DNA of 64,000 bases. Origin: the human T2T-CHM13v2.0 reference genome, Homo sapiens. Location: positions 3,808,001 through 3,872,000 of the forward strand of contig CP086569.2 in the NCBI GenBank assembly GCA_009914755.4. The letters run 5' to 3'. The notes beneath the pieces are model-generated. The model was not told where the DNA came from and ran no database searches. It was given only the letters and a program-made list of their open reading frames with translations. The translations under genes were made by a program, and so were the position numbers. This document shows positions 26,132 to 41,290 of this stretch, in pieces (positions within the stretch are counted from its first letter, which is position 1; each line of letters opens with the position of its first letter).

Positions 26132-29100
26132 AATGGACTCGGGTTCCGTTCTATATTATCTGTAAAATGCTAATAATGCCTTCTTTAAGGAACTGTTGTA
26201 ATGACTACGTAAAATGATATGTATTTAATGTGTAAAGCTTAATGTATTATTCATTATAATATAAAATGTAAATTTAATAAAGTGCCAGGAACTATTCAAT
26301 TTTGATAATTTGAAATAGTATACTTAATGCAATTTCAAAAATAAATATATAAGGCTGGTTTTCTAGTGGCCTATTACATAGAATAAACTACAAACGATAT
26401 AAAAGATAATATAAATGCATAATTTTTTAAAAGCCTGAGTTAAAGATCTACAGTGACAGAAAAATTACTCAAAATCGTACTTATAAAAAAAAGTAGCTGA
26501 AACCATAAACTACTCAGAATCTGTCACATAAAACCACAAATATCAGCCAACTTGAACACGTGGGCATTTTTTAAAAGTGACCTAAATTTAATTCTCACTT
26601 AAAAAAAATTATACACTTCATCAGCTTCTAAAGCTATGTAGCATTGCCAAACAAAAGCCACTTTATAATTTTTTTCAAACTATAGCTGATAAATTCTAAA
26701 CAACTTTATGAAAATTTCACTGTGTTTTCTTTATATAATCTAGAGGAAAATCACCCTAAGAAAGGCCCTCATACTTGTCTATGTGTTCAAATGGAAACTT
26801 TTAAATATTTCATCTATAATTCATTTCTGATTTTTCGTGGAATTCTCAATGATTTTTAGAACTATCATTTCATGAATATCTACATACAAAATAATATTGG
26901 CAGTTGCTTAGAAAACCAAATGTGATTTTACCTTTGAAAAGTATTTCATGTTACAGAAGAATCTACAGCAAATGAATTCTAAATCAGTTTTTACATGAAA
27001 TAATATCCACGAGAAATCATATTTATAATATTTTCCATCTGTATAGATTTGATATTTATATTTAGCAATAAAAAAGATATAAAATGTTCAGTATAAAAAA
27101 TTAAGGATAATAAAAGTAAGCCCAATTTGATTACTTATTATTTTGTATAATTATTTAAAAATTGACAACAGAATATGGTTGTAATATATAAAATACAATT
27201 CAGTAAAAAACAAAAAAAGATAGTTCTAGATTTCTAATTTAAACAAAATAATTAAATATTTCATTTCCTACCCTTTTGGGTATTATGTGCAAGATTTTTC
27301 TAATATCTCATTTCTTAATCCTTTTTATAAATGCTCTGATCTAGAAAACTAATGAGTTTTTATCTAAGAGTATCTATCATTCTAAATTTAAAATTGTAAA
27401 CATTCATCTTAACAAAATTCTGTTGGACTACCATTTCTCATGTTGGTTTACAGAAAATGGAAAATGGTACTCCAAAATATGGCACTGTGGTATGCTAAGT
27501 GTTTTGAATTAAAGAAAATTGAAAGGCCTCAATAATAAGCTTCTCAACCACTGTCTCTCTCTTACCTTCCCTTGTCCGCTATCTCTGTGTTCCTTTTTCT
27601 ATTTTTTAAGTAAGAAATCAATTATCCATGTTATTGTTAAAGATGATCTTTTTTCTTTGGTGATAACCAGAAGGGACTGTCTTTAAAATTTTCTTAACTA
27701 AGAAAACTTCTTTCATAAGAAATGTAATAGTTTTAAAATTCCCTCCCTAGAAATATCATCAAATAATGAGAAAGATTAACCACAGAAGGAAGAAAGAGAC
27801 TAGGATTCATCAGAAAGTCCAGATAGACTTTGCATCTATTCTAATGACAGTTCTGAGATTTTATTTGCATAATAAAACATTTACTCACTGTAAAGCCCCA
27901 GCCCTCGCCTTTCCACCATCTCCCTCAGAGCTCAGAAAATCTTTGTAACATGCCATTGCTTTTGGACCTCATTCTTTTCCCCTGAAAATCATTTAATCCC
28001 ACAACCTCCATCTCCCCTTCCCCTATGAAGACAGGTAAATAAGCATCTTGATCTGTTTGGGTTATTGCATAACCCTACTCTAGTTCCCCTATGTTTATGC
28101 CTATTAAATAAATTTTATATACCTTTTTCTCCGATTAATCTGCCTTTAGTCAGTTCATTTTCAGCAAATCTTCAGAGGGTAAAAGGGAAGCTCTCCCTTT
28201 TGACCTTACACTAAATAGAGACAATACAGTGATATAAGCAAAGTGAGAAAAGAAATGTAAACCAAAGACAATGGAAAAAACAAACAAACACAAAAACACA
28301 AAAGGAAAACTATTTAAAATATTGATTGTTTTAGCTTAAGCCAAGACACAACAAATAAAACAAAGTGACTATCATTATCATTGTTAATAATATTATCGAT
28401 GACAATATAAACTAATAAAATGTAGAAAACTAGAAATATGTAAATTTATGAGGAAAGGGTTACATTTTGTGTAAAATTCTAAATGTTAGAGTTTGAATTT
28501 GATTAATATTAGCTACTTTCAACACTAATATGGCAAATACAAACAAATTAAAATGTAAAAAAGAGAAAACAACATGTACTCAGTTTGGCAGCACATATAT
28601 TCAACTTGGAACTAGCCTAGGGACAAACTGCTGCTCAATTCACTTTTATGTTCCTGGAAAATTTCCATTCATTCTCTCTGTTTTGGCTGATTTCTTGGCA
28701 AACAGACATGGGCAGTTTTCCTGTCACAACAGTCATAGCCTCATTTTACATCGTTGTCATGTTTGCACACTGTATGTAGGAACGAGAGATGAAAGTAGAT
28801 TTTGATTAAGATAAATATATTCTACTGTGCAATGAGAATGCCTGGGATTTTCAATTCTGTCTGTTTTGTTAGCCTCTCTGATTGCTTTGGATTTTGGATG
28901 TTTTGTTTTGCTAATCATCACGGAGAGTTTTACTTTTGTATGCTGAAACATATTCTGTTCTGCCTTCCAGATGTATTAAGCTGTTCATTTTTACTCAAAA
29001 ACTGAAACACTTGCTTTATGATTTTCATATACCAAATCCATAGTTAGTGTATATACATCATCTTCACCAATTTTGACCTGGGTATTTTGTAAAATGTGAA

Positions 29101-29691
29101 GTCAAGAACTATTAAACCTAAGCTTCTCTGTCCTAAACTCTTATCTCTCATCTCAAATGTAACATAAAATTCATAATATATTTATTCTAGTTGGTTTGAC
29201 TGTAAGAGAAAATATCCTTCAAAGTAATATCTTTATTTTCACAGAAGATTAATCTTCACTTTGATGTCTTAAAAATAAAAATGAAAAATTTACATATAGA
29301 AGTATAGGATTACTGTGTGCTATGCTTTTCTCATTGATAAAATTAAAAAGTTGGATAATATGAATTCTAAGATGCTTGAAGGTCTAGGATTTATAAAAAC
29401 TATTATTTCTGTAAAGATAAATAAGAATCAAAGTACATTTTTAAATTAATTTCTTATAGAATTTTTAATGAAATATTAAAACTACCACTCACAATTCTGT
29501 TAAAGTTTTAGGCTAAGAAATTTCTTCTAATATGTGTATTCCATATTAATGTTTAGGATTCTGAGAATTTTTAAATTTATCATTTTATACTTTGTGCATT
29601 AGCTTCTCCTCATTACCTTTTTTTCAGCCATGCAAAGATTATAATTCCTTTTGTGTCAAAATCTGCATTATATCTCTTAGAATATGATTAG

Positions 29692-29994
<303 letters not shown>

Positions 29995-30929
29995 TAATTG
30001 GTTCATGTGTTAATATCTTCATCTGTATTGTATCTTTTTGCTCAAGGGCAAGATCTGTCACTCAAGCGCTCAATATTTGATTAATCAGTAAGCTAATTAT
30101 ACTTCTTTTTTTTTACCACACAGTGCCTATTATATTATGGATACTCAATAAATATAATACTTGCTGACTGGTAAACTAGTAAAAGATCAATCATTTTCTT
30201 AGAGATGCACACCTTATTTAGTATATCAGGGATTATTAAATTATTTTATCATTGAAAAATACTGAGCTAAGGTGCTTTCTGAAGAAAGATGGACAGTTAA
30301 TTGTTTGTTTCAATGATGATAAATACCAGCAGTAAATTAGGATGAGATAACAAATTCTTCTGGTTTACAATATTAAGACAGTTATCAATTTCACCATTAA
30401 ATGAAGTACAGTTCTCAGCCATTTATTTTATTTATTTAATGTATCTTTTCTTTTACTCCATTTTTTTCTTGTGATATTTATTTTAATAGAAAGAGGAAGT
30501 ATAAACTGAAGTGATCATTTTGTATTTTGTGAAGAATGGAGAATGTAACATCTGAGACTGTGTCTCCACATCATACATTGCCCCACTATACTCATTAGTG
30601 GTAGAAGGTGTTCTGAGTAAGCTGTCCAATAATTTAAAACCCAAAATGTGTCCAAGGCAGACTTCAAAAATTGCTGGTACTGCCACTTCCAATTTGAAAC
30701 TAACGTGGGTAAATTTTATTCTAACAAAACTTATTGGGAGAAACTGATAAAATTCATTTCAAAACATCCACCAAGTATGACGGCGAACTTCTTCATGACA
30801 CTTAGAACTTTGTACTAGTAAAGGTGACATGATATGGCCACCGAAACCTTAGGAAACAGTAGAAAATCAAAAGCCACATTGTCAGACAGGGACAGCATAA
30901 CTCATTTTGATGCTTGGTAGTATAGCAAG

Positions 30930-31329
30930 TACAATGGTTTGTACGTTTTTGTCCCTTCCAAATTCATATGTTGAAAGCTTAATCTTCAATGCATCAGTGT
31001 TGGGTGATGGGGCCTAATGGGAGATAAGTTTAAGTCTTAAGGGCTCCACCCTCATGAATGGATTAAGGCCCTTATGAAAAGTGCTTATGGAAATAAGTTC
31101 GCTCTCTTCTGTTTCTCTGCCATTTGAGAAACAGTATTTCTCCCCTTCAAATAATGCTGCATGCAAGGCACCATCCGGAAAGCAGAGACAGATCTGTTAC
31201 CAGATGTCAAACTTGCCAGATTTCTAATTTTGGACTTCTCAGCCTTCAGTGCTATGAGAAATTTCTGTTATTTGTAAATTGCTGAGTCGCGGGTATTCTG
31301 CTATAGCAGCAAGAAATGGACTAAGACAG
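30930..31329 (+). mobile_element. Solo MaLR LTR (MST/MLT-type)
   Basis: …gtcccttccaaattcatatgttgaaagcttaatcttcaatgcatcagtgttgggtgatggggcctaatgggag…ctccaccctcatgaatggattaaggccc… and ending …ttctgttatttgtaaattgctgagtcgcgggtattctgctatagcagcaagaaatggactaagacag. Confidence 0.6.
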
Positions 31330-34300
31330 TAACTATTGTAACAATGTCAAGAACTGAGGGCAACTTAAAGAAATGATTTGAGTAGTTGTAGAAAGATCAG
31401 ACATTTAACAACAGATCTGTACATATCAGACCACACTCAAAACAAAGCAGGAAGAAATGAGTCTCTGTTGTCTAACACTAACACACAGTATAGAGAATCC
31501 AGAATACTTGTTAATTATGCAGGTGTAAGTGATTTACCAATTATTATTGTAGTAAACATATTCCAAACTAAATTAATAATCTTCTGAAATTTGTACTTTG
31601 AATATCTCTATGTATGACCTCCTTCATGTTAATAAAAATATTATCAGTCTATGAAAATATTTATCATAATTTACAATTTTCTTTCACTACTGTGCAATAT
31701 ACCCAATGAGAATCTAAGTAATATCTCCTACAGAAAACACCTATAATATCTGTCTTTCATTCCATTATGATTGGTTTTCACAGACCTTCATTATTTTACC
31801 TATTTGTGCAATTTTATCTTACATTGAATATGTTCAAAATGATTCAGGCAGTTAAGCTGAATTGAGATCAGTTCTGTCTCCCTCATTACTGCTTGTAATT
31901 ATCCAAATCACTAGTATTATTTTCTAATTCTCTAATATATAAACTTCTATCATCCCCTCACTCCTGTAAATTCCCTAAGAATAATAATCACATCTTACTC
32001 TTTTCATGTATTTCCACGATGTCTTCTCTTGTATTTTGCACATAGATAATGAATACTTGTTAACATGAAAAGTATTGAACAGAGTATTCTCTGTTAACTC
32101 TAATCTATATCACAGGTCAAATAAAATAAGATTTGATGGATAGGTACAACCTATCTGTAATAAAATTAGATTTGCACATATAATTGTGCACTGTAAAAAT
32201 GTTTCAAAATTTTTTTTTCACTACTCACCACTTATTTTGGTTAAATAATTTCTTAGACAATTTATTTATAAAATATAAATAAATTAAACTCATATTTAAG
32301 TTACCATAAATTAGAAATAGAAGGCAAATTAGTATTTATTATAACCAAAACAGCAAGTACATTTGATTAAAATCAAGAAATAGCAAGGAGTTAAGGTAAT
32401 TTCCATTCAAAGGATTAATTAATGCAGTATCTTGTATCACAAATTAATCTTACACATGCTTAAATACAAAAAACCTGCTTTATTAAAGCTTCTGGTTATG
32501 GTTTCTGGATGGAAATTCAATCCCTTAGGCACAAACAAATATGAAACTAAAATTCTGTTATGTTATATTTCTGTAGCCCAATTATTTCAATTATGATGGC
32601 CTTTCAACTATTTCAATTCCAAATATTTTAATTATGATAGCATATATAATAGTCTATGATAAAAATTCCAAGACTAACACATTCTAAATTCTATTTCGCT
32701 TAGCAGAAACTCTTTGTAAAGAAATCTTTCTCCAAAATTTAATGTTGTATACTTGGTTGCCTAATTTTAGCAGAAAATAATCAAAAAGTAGCAAAATAAA
32801 AATTATGTTAGAGTAAAAATGTTCTGTTGTCTAAAAAGGGGCAATGGCAAATCAGTGTCACCACTAGATCAATGCCACAACACTCTTTTAATAATTATGC
32901 TCTCTGGCCTCCCTTTTGACTGAAGTTTACACCTTGCAAGTATAAAACTGTTCTCCACACTTATTCTGAAATATGCTTCTGAAAGAAATGTTGTTTCAAT
33001 AAATTGACTCCAAGTAACCTTGTGAGCCCACGATCAATTATAAAATTTTATTTTTGAAAAATATAAAATTTGCTTTTAAAAAGTGCCATAGAGTGGTCAA
33101 AGTATGGATTTTAATGGAAGAAAATATGTCAGATGATTAAAGGAAAGGAAAGGCCAAATTTTAAATCTTCTTGCTGGTTTAATCACTAATTTGATCTATG
33201 TGACAAGCCTGTACATTTCAGTACCCTGCATATTTATCTTTTGAATAAGAATAGTTGCCCACTTGAGAGGACTTACAGAATGGAGATGCATGTCTGAAGT
33301 GAGCTTAATGAGCAGAGACATTTCCAAAATACAAGAAACTGCAAAATGGGAAGGGAATTAAATTCTGGCCATTTAACTAAATTGCACGTATATCTAATTT
33401 TTCATTTTTAATTGAATGAATACAATCACCTTAAAATATAGCATCAAAAAGCATTTAAAAGTTACAGATTATAAGGCATACTGAAAAATGAATGCTACTG
33501 TAATTGCGATTCTAAGAAATGTCCATTGCAAAGGTGCTGGTCTAGTGCTTCTTAGAGCAAACAGAATTAGATAACAGAGCTTCTTATTTCTTATGATTAG
33601 ATAAAACATTAGCTTGTACCATAAGATTTATATATTAATATCTTTTTGCATAAGTTAAAAATGTTTATTGCAAACACAAATGTGCATATAAAAATAATGG
33701 TCGAAATAAGTTGGCCAAAGAGAGAAATAATACAGCATGGTGGCAATGAAAAAAGACACATCTGCTAAAAATAACAGCAGCAATAAAGAACATACATGTT
33801 TGCACACACAACATAATTACTTAATGTAAAGTGGAGTTATTAGTTACATTAAGAATGAATCATGAAAGTCACAAGGTTAGGAAGGAAATGAAGTAAGAAT
33901 ATCTATTCTTTATTTTAAACTACATAGAAATGTCAGGTCTCTATCAAAAACCTGAAGAAATGTATGTTGCCTAATCATGTTAATCATAGTTCAGACTTTG
34001 GCCAGAAAGACCTCACAGCATTGTTGCAAAAATCAAATGAAATGAGAAATGTACAAGTACTTCATAAACAGCAAAATGTTCCATACATGTATTAGAGACA
34101 TTATCTTTTCAATATTCAGAGAGTCTCACATTCCAATATGGGATAGTGCAAAAAACAAACAAACAAAACTCTAGAACACGGTGGAGAAATTTATTGCTCT
34201 CTGTTCAATTCTTAGATTTTTTTTTTCTTTGCACTAAGCAGTCTCTAAGACACAGGTTAGCCTGGCTTTGAAAGAAGAACAGAGATGATGATAATGTGTT

Positions 34301-34827
34301 CTAATAAACATGTCTGGCCAATGCCTCTGTCCTAGGGACAGTCCCTTAGCTATTCTCTAGTGGAGAAATATCTTCCGTTGATCTCCACATAAGCCCACGG
34401 TGATTATACTAGTAAGAGATTAAATGATCTGATCTCTTAATATGAGTGAAAGAGAGAAAGGGGTATGAGAGTGGATCTAATTGACCCAAACAGGACAACA
34501 CACATAATATATTTCTGTATATAAAAACTAAAAAAATAGAAAAAGTCCACATTGTGCCAGCAGAGAATGCAATGTTAAGAACAATTTACAGATGAGAAAA
34601 GTGAGACAATGACAAAGTAACTTTTCCAATATAATATAAAAGATGTCACAGAGCCTGAATTCGAACTTTTATTTATCTGATTTCAAAGCAAAATAAGCTA
34701 TTTATTATTACATGAAGCACACTGAAATGAGACCAAGAAGAATACACATGTAAGAATAGTCCAACTTATTTTTTTTTATCAGTAGACTAGTTACTAGGGA
34801 AATTTTAGATTTATAAAATTTAAATGG

Positions 34828-35168
<341 letters not shown>

Positions 35169-35199
35169 TCAATCACACACAGCTTCCCTTATTATTATA

Positions 35200-35832
35200 T
35201 TGCATTAATGTGATACATTAGTTACAATTGATGAGCCAATATAGATTCATTATTATTAGCTAAATTCCATGGTTTATATCAAGTTTCACTTTTAGTATTG
35301 TACATACTATGGGTTTTGACAAATATATAATGTATATCCACCATTATACTACTATAACACAGAATAGTCCCACTGCCCTTGAAATCCTGTACTCCACCTA
35401 TTTATTCCCACCTTCTGAAACGTGGCAATCACTGATCTTTTACTGTCTCCATAATTTTGCCCTTTCCAGAGTGTTATATAGTTGGAATGATAGAGTATGT
35501 AATATTTTGACATTGACCTGTGTCACTTAGAATTATGCATTTTGGGTGCCTGCTTGTTTATTTATGGCTTGATAGGTCATTTTATTTTCATTTATTTATT
35601 TTTTACTGAATAATATTCCATTGTATAGATGTACCACAGTTTATTCATTCCCCTATGAAAAACATCTTGGTTGCTTTCAAGTTGAGGTAATTACAAATAA
35701 AACTTCTCTAAACATGTGTATGCAGGTTATTGTGTAGACACAATTTTCAAATAATTAGGTGAAATACAAAAGAGTACAATTGCTGGATTGTAATCAAGTA
35801 TATGTTTAGTTTTATACAAAATTGCCAAATAT
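35200..35832 (-). mobile_element. Old L1M-type LINE-1 (minus), 3'UTR and ORF2 C-terminus. This is the left part of an element split by a younger L1.
   Basis: …tgtatatccaccattatactactataacacagaatagtcccactgcc… and …ctgaataatattccattgtatagatgtaccacagtttattcattc… are characteristic of the L1M 3'UTR reverse complement. …gtacaattgctggattgtaatcaagtatatgtttagtttt… corresponds to ggattgctgggtcaaatggtatttctagttct. Confidence 0.6.
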
Positions 35833-38321
35833 AGAGACACAGCAAAAAAGTGAAACTTCAGGCTAATATCCCTAATGAACCTTGATGCAAAAATTCTTAA
35901 CAAAATACTAGCAAACTGAATCCAGAAACACAACAAAAAGTAAATTCACTGTGAACAAGTAGGCCTTATTACTGGCATGAAAAGTTGTTTTAACACCTGC
36001 AAATCAATAAATATGATTTGCCATATGAAAATAATTAATAACAATATTTAAATGAACATCTCGATAGATGTGGAAAAAGCTTTAGATAAAATCCTAAATC
36101 CCTTCATGGTAAAATCCCTCAAAAAACTAGTCATTGAAGGAACATACTTCAAAATAATAAGAGCCATCTATGACAAACCCACAGTCAACATTATATGGAA
36201 TTGGCAAAACCTGAAAACATTTCTCTTGAGACCCACAACAAGGGAAGAATGCCCACTCCCATCACTCCTATTCAACATAGTACTGAAAATTGAAGCCAGG
36301 GCAATCAGGCAAGAAAAATAAATTAAAAGTGTCCAAATAGGAAAAAAAATTCAAACTATGTCTCCTTGTCATTTATATGATTCTATATACCTAGAAAACA
36401 CTAAAGACTCTGCCAAAAGCCTCATAGAACTTGAAGAAAAACTTCAGTAAAGTTTCCGGATAAAAAATCAATGTACAAAAATTAGTATCATTTCTATACA
36501 CCAATAATATTCTATCTCAGAGCCAAATCAAGAACACAATCCCATTTACAATAGCCACACAGACAAAAAATAAAATACCTAGGAATGCATCTAGCAAAGG
36601 AGGTGAAAGATCTCTACAAGAAGAACTACAAAACACTGCTGAAAGAAATCATAGATGACACAAATAAATGGAAACAAATCCTGTGCTCATGGATCGAAAG
36701 AATCATATTGTTAAAATGGCCATACTACCCAAAGCAATCTGCAGATTCAACACTATTCCTATCAAACTACCAAAATCATTTTTCACAGAATTAAGAAAAC
36801 ACTATTCTAAAATTCATATGAAATGAAAAAGAAGCTTGAATAGTGAAAGCAATCCTAATCCAATAGAAGAAAAGCTGGAAGCATCACATTGCCTGTCCTC
36901 AAACCATACTACAAAACTACAGTAACTGAAACAGCATTGTACTGGTACAAAAACACACATAGTCCAATGGAACAGAATAGAGAGCACAAACATAAAGCCA
37001 CACACCTACAACCATCTGATCTTTGAAAATTTGACAAAAATAAGCAAAGGGGAAAAGATTCCTTCTTCAAAAAATGGTGCTGAGATAATTGGCTATACAT
37101 AAGAATAAGAATAAAATTGGACCCCTACCTGTCACCATATGCAAAAATTAAGTCAAGATGGATTAAAACTTAAGTCTAAGACCTCAAAGTATCAAAGTAC
37201 TAGAAGAAAACCTAGGCAATAGCTGTCTTAATATTGGCCTTGGCAAGGAATTTATATCTATTTCCTCAAAAGCAACTGCAACAGAAACAAAAATTGACAA
37301 GTGAGACCTAATTAAACTAAAGAGCTTCTGCACAAGAAGAGAAACTAAGGCAGTAAACAGTCAAACTACATAAGGGGAGAAAACATTCCCAAACTATGCA
37401 TCTGACAAAGGTGTAACCTCCATAATCCGTAAGGAACTTAATCAAATAAAAAAGCAAAAAGCAAAGAACTCTATTAAAAAGTAGGCAAAGGACATGAATG
37501 GATACTTCTGAAAAGACACACAAGCAGGCAACAAACATGAAAAAAGTGCAGCATCTCCAATCATCAGATAAATGCAAATCAAAGCCACAATGAAATACCT
37601 TCTAACACCAGTCAGAATGAATTTTGTTAAAAAGCCAAAAAATTACAGATGTTGGCAAGGCTGCAGATAAAATAAGACACTTATACACTGTTGTTGAGAA
37701 TGTAAATTAGTCCAGCCAATTGGGAGAGCAGTTTGGAGATTTTTCAAAGAAGTAAGAGTTGAACTACCATTCAATCCAACAATCCCATTAGTGGGCATAT
37801 ACCCAAAAGAAAAATAAATATTTCTATCAAAAGGACATGCATCCCTGTGTATTCATCACAGTGCTATTCACAATAGCAAAAACATGGAATCAACTCAAAT
37901 GCCCATCAATGGTAGGTTGGATAAAGATAATGTGATACATATACACCAGGGAATACTATGCAATAATGTAAAAGAATGAAATCATGTGCTCTGCAGCAAC
38001 ACAGGTGCAGCTGGAGGCCATTATCCTAAGCAAGCTAATGCAGAAACAACAAATCAAATACTGCATCCTCTTACCTTATTTAGAGGCTAAATTCTGGGGA
38101 CACATGGACATAAAGATGGGAATAGTAGGCATTGAGGGCCACTACAGAGGAGAGGAAGGGAGTGGGGCAAGGCTGGAAAGACTACCTATTGAGTACTATG
38201 CTCACTACCTCAGTGATGGATTCAGTCCCCAAACATCAGCATCACACAACATACCTTTGGAACAAGTCTGCACATGTACCCATGATTCTAAAATACGAAT
38301 TGAAAAAGAAAAAATAAAAAA
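35833..38321 (+). mobile_element. LINE-1 (plus), 5'-truncated in the ORF2 RT region, running to its 3' end. It is nested in the old L1M and has an 11-bp target-site duplication.
   Basis: It starts agagacacagcaaaaaagtgaaacttcaggctaatatccctaatgaacc, which is …[17 protein letters not shown]. It contains [22 protein letters not shown]…[13 protein letters not shown] and the C-terminal MQIKATMKYLLTPVRM… region. It ends in an A-rich tail. The duplicated target ttgccaaatat (35822-35832) and ctgccaaatat (38322-38332) flanks it. Confidence 0.85.
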
Positions 38322-40440
38322 CTGCCAAATATCTTCTAAAATGTTTATACCATTTTGCATTATGGTCAACAATGAATGAGAGCTCCTGTTCCTGTACATT
38401 TTCTCTGGTGTTTGGTTTTGTCAATGTTTTGAATTTTTACCCTCCTAATAGGTGGGTAATTGTATTTCATTGTTGTTTTAATTTGCAACTCCTTAAAGAG
38501 AAAGAAGAACATCTTTTTATAAGCTTATTTGCCATTTGTATACCTTCTTTGATGGGGTATCTGTTTAGATCACTAGCCCATTTTTGAGTTCTTTGTTTTT
38601 TACATTGTTAAACTTTGTGTTCTTGTCATATTTTGGATTACAGTCCTTTTATTCTATATGTCTTTTGAAAAATTCTTCTTCTATTCTGTAGCTTGTCTTC
38701 TCACTGTCTTGACAGTGTCTTTTGAAGAGCAAAGTTTTTAAGTTTTAATGAAGACCAGCTTATTATTTTCTTTAAATAGATCATGCCTTTGTTCTTGTAT
38801 CTAAAATGTCACTGCCAAATCCAAGGTCAACGGAAATTTTTTCTATGATATCTTATAGGAGTTCTATAGTTTTGCATTTTTAACCTGGATTTTTAAAATT
38901 AATTTTTGAAAAGTACATCTGTGTCTGGTTTGTTTTTGTTTATGTATTTTGTGAATGAAGTTATCCAGTTGTTCCTGCACTATTTGCTGGAAAAAATCCT
39001 TAATTCATATATTGCCTTTTCTCCTTACTCAAAAATCAGTTGACTATATTTGTGAAGGTCTACTTCTGGACTCTATTCTACTCCAATATATATTTGTATA
39101 ATATTTTGCCAATACCACACTTTCTTGATTGCTTTAGCTTTATACTAAGTCTTAAAGTCAGGTAGTGTCAGCTTTCCAAGTTTGTCTTGTCTTTCAATAT
39201 TGTGTTGGCCAGGTTGTGTGTTTTGCCTTCATATATAAACTTTATGATCTATTTCTCAACATTCATAAAATTATTTGCTAAGATTTTGATTGAGTGTGTT
39301 GCCTCTATGGATAATATTCTATTTATATAAAACATATTTCCATTTATTTGTATCTTCTCTGATTTCTTTCATCTGAGTATTATGATTTTCCTATGTATAT
39401 TTTGTACATATTCTACTAGATTTTTAACTAAGTATTTCATTTTTAGGTGTTAATGTAAATACAATTTTGATTTTAATTTCAAATTTTATTTATTCTCTGT
39501 TGACTTGGGTATGTTAGTCTTGCATCTTGCAACCTTATTTTAATTGCTTATTAGTTCAAGTATTTTGTTGTTGATTGCTTGGAATTTTATGCATAGACAA
39601 TCATGTTATCTGAGAACAAAGACAGTATATTTTGTGTGATTAATATTTTTAAAAATTGTTAAGATGTGTTTTATGTCCCAAAATACGTTCTATCCTGTTG
39701 AATGTTTAATATGGGCTTGGAAAAAATGTGTATTCTTCTGTTGTTGAATAAAATACTCTATGCATATAAATTACATCCAGTTGGTTGATGAAGTTGGTGA
39801 GTTCAATTATGTCCTTAGTGATTTTCTGTTACTGGATCTTTTAATTACTGATAGAGGAGTATTGAAGTCTCCAACTACAATGGAGTATTAATCCATTTAT
39901 TCTTGCATTTCTTACCGTTTTTGTCTTACCTATTTCGACACTCTGTTATTAGGCCCATACACACTGAGAATTGTTATATCTTCTTAAAAATGGACTCCTT
40001 CCTAATTATGTAATATACTTCTTTGTCTCTAGTCATTTTATTTTTTGCTCCAAAGCGGGCTGTATCTAAAATTAATATAACTACTCAATATTTCTTGTTA
40101 TTAGTGTTAACATGATAGAATATTTCCCAATTCTTAACTTTAATCTATTTTTTATATTAAAATGGGTGTATTGAAGAGAACATATGTTTATGATTATTTT
40201 AAATCCACTATGTTAGCATCTTTCTTTTAATTGGAGTATTCAGACCACTGACATTTAAAGTGAATATTGACATAGTTGGATTAATATCTACCATATTTGT
40301 TACTTTTTTCTACTTATTGGTTTTGCCCTCTGTTTCTGTTAGTTCCACTCTTTTTCTGCCTTTTGTAGTTTTAACTGAACATTTTATATTTCATTTTATG
40401 TCCTTATTAGAATATCAGTTATATTTCTTATACATAACTT
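38322..40440 (-). mobile_element. Old L1M-type LINE-1 (minus), continuation. ORF2 in antisense down to the ORF2 start and the ORF1-ORF2 spacer, with internal deletions.
   Basis: It resumes in register after the nested L1 (…ttcctgtacattttctctggtgtttggttttgtc… corresponds to …ttcctatttctccacatcctctccagcacctg…). At 39840-40440 it matches the antisense ORF2 5' end (gatagaggagtattgaagtctccaactacaatggag…, cattgacatttaaagtgaatattgacatagttgg…). Confidence 0.7.
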
Positions 40441-40899
40441 AACCAAAATCATCATAACAACGTGATTATGTTTCATGGATAAGTAAAATGAATGGCAAAA
40501 CACTTGTAAGAGTTGTGAGACAAGTTAATAATATTCCAAGTTAACTTGCACTACACATGTAATAGTATAGTGCTAATAAAAGTAGAGCTAAATTCATTGT
40601 ACAAGTGTATTTCAAATTTTTAGGAAACAATTAAAATTTTTTAAGAAATATAAGTTTTACTACCCTGATGGTTTATTTGATAAACATTAGGTTAATAATT
40701 TGAATGTAATAAAATTCTCAATCTTTCATTTATAATTACCCTTTTTTGTATATATTTTCTCCTGTAATGTATAAATTTGCATGAATTCATTTTTATTGTT
40801 AATTAAATGTTTTAAAATATCTTTTGAGGTATGATGGACAAATGAAAACCTGTACATATTTAACATAAACTAATTCATGAGTTTGCAGATAAGTGTACA

Positions 40900-41290
40900 T
40901 CCTTGAAATCATGAAAAATATTGTGTTCCCAGAATAAGCATAATTTGTTTTGATTTATAATTCCCTTTATTCCTTAATATATTCATATAGCTAATAATAT
41001 ATTTAGAATCTTGATATCAATGTTCAATAATAGCCATTGGCCTGAATTGTTTTTCTTATTAGGTCTTTGTCATGATTTGATATCAAAGTCATCCTATGTT
41101 CACAAAACTATTTAGAAAGGCTTTTTTTCACCTTTAATATTCTTGATTTGTTTATGTAATATTGAGTTTCCTTTCTTAAATATTTGGTAGAAGTTACCAA
41201 AGAAGGTACCCCTATCTATATCTGGACCAGCTCATTTGTTTGCTAGTTTTTTGTTGTTGTTGTTGTTTTTTAAATTGTAGGAAATTTATA
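40900..41290 (-). mobile_element. Additional antisense L1 ORF2 fragment
   Basis: caataatagccattggcctgaattgtttttcttattaggtctttgtc…ttaaatatttggtagaagttaccaaagaaggtacccctatctatatctggaccagc corresponds to L1 antisense tcagggatattggcctgtagttttc…ttaaatgtttggtagaattcaccagtgaagccatctggtcctgggc. Confidence 0.55.

Noticed and set aside
38322-38400. Two L1 copies meeting tail to tail (plus-strand 3' end at 38321, minus-strand L1 from 38322), which could suggest an L1 twin-priming inversion
   Set aside because: The minus-strand L1 continues collinearly on the other side of the plus-strand L1 (35200-35832). An 11-bp TSD flanks the plus-strand copy. This is therefore a simple nested insertion, not an inversion.
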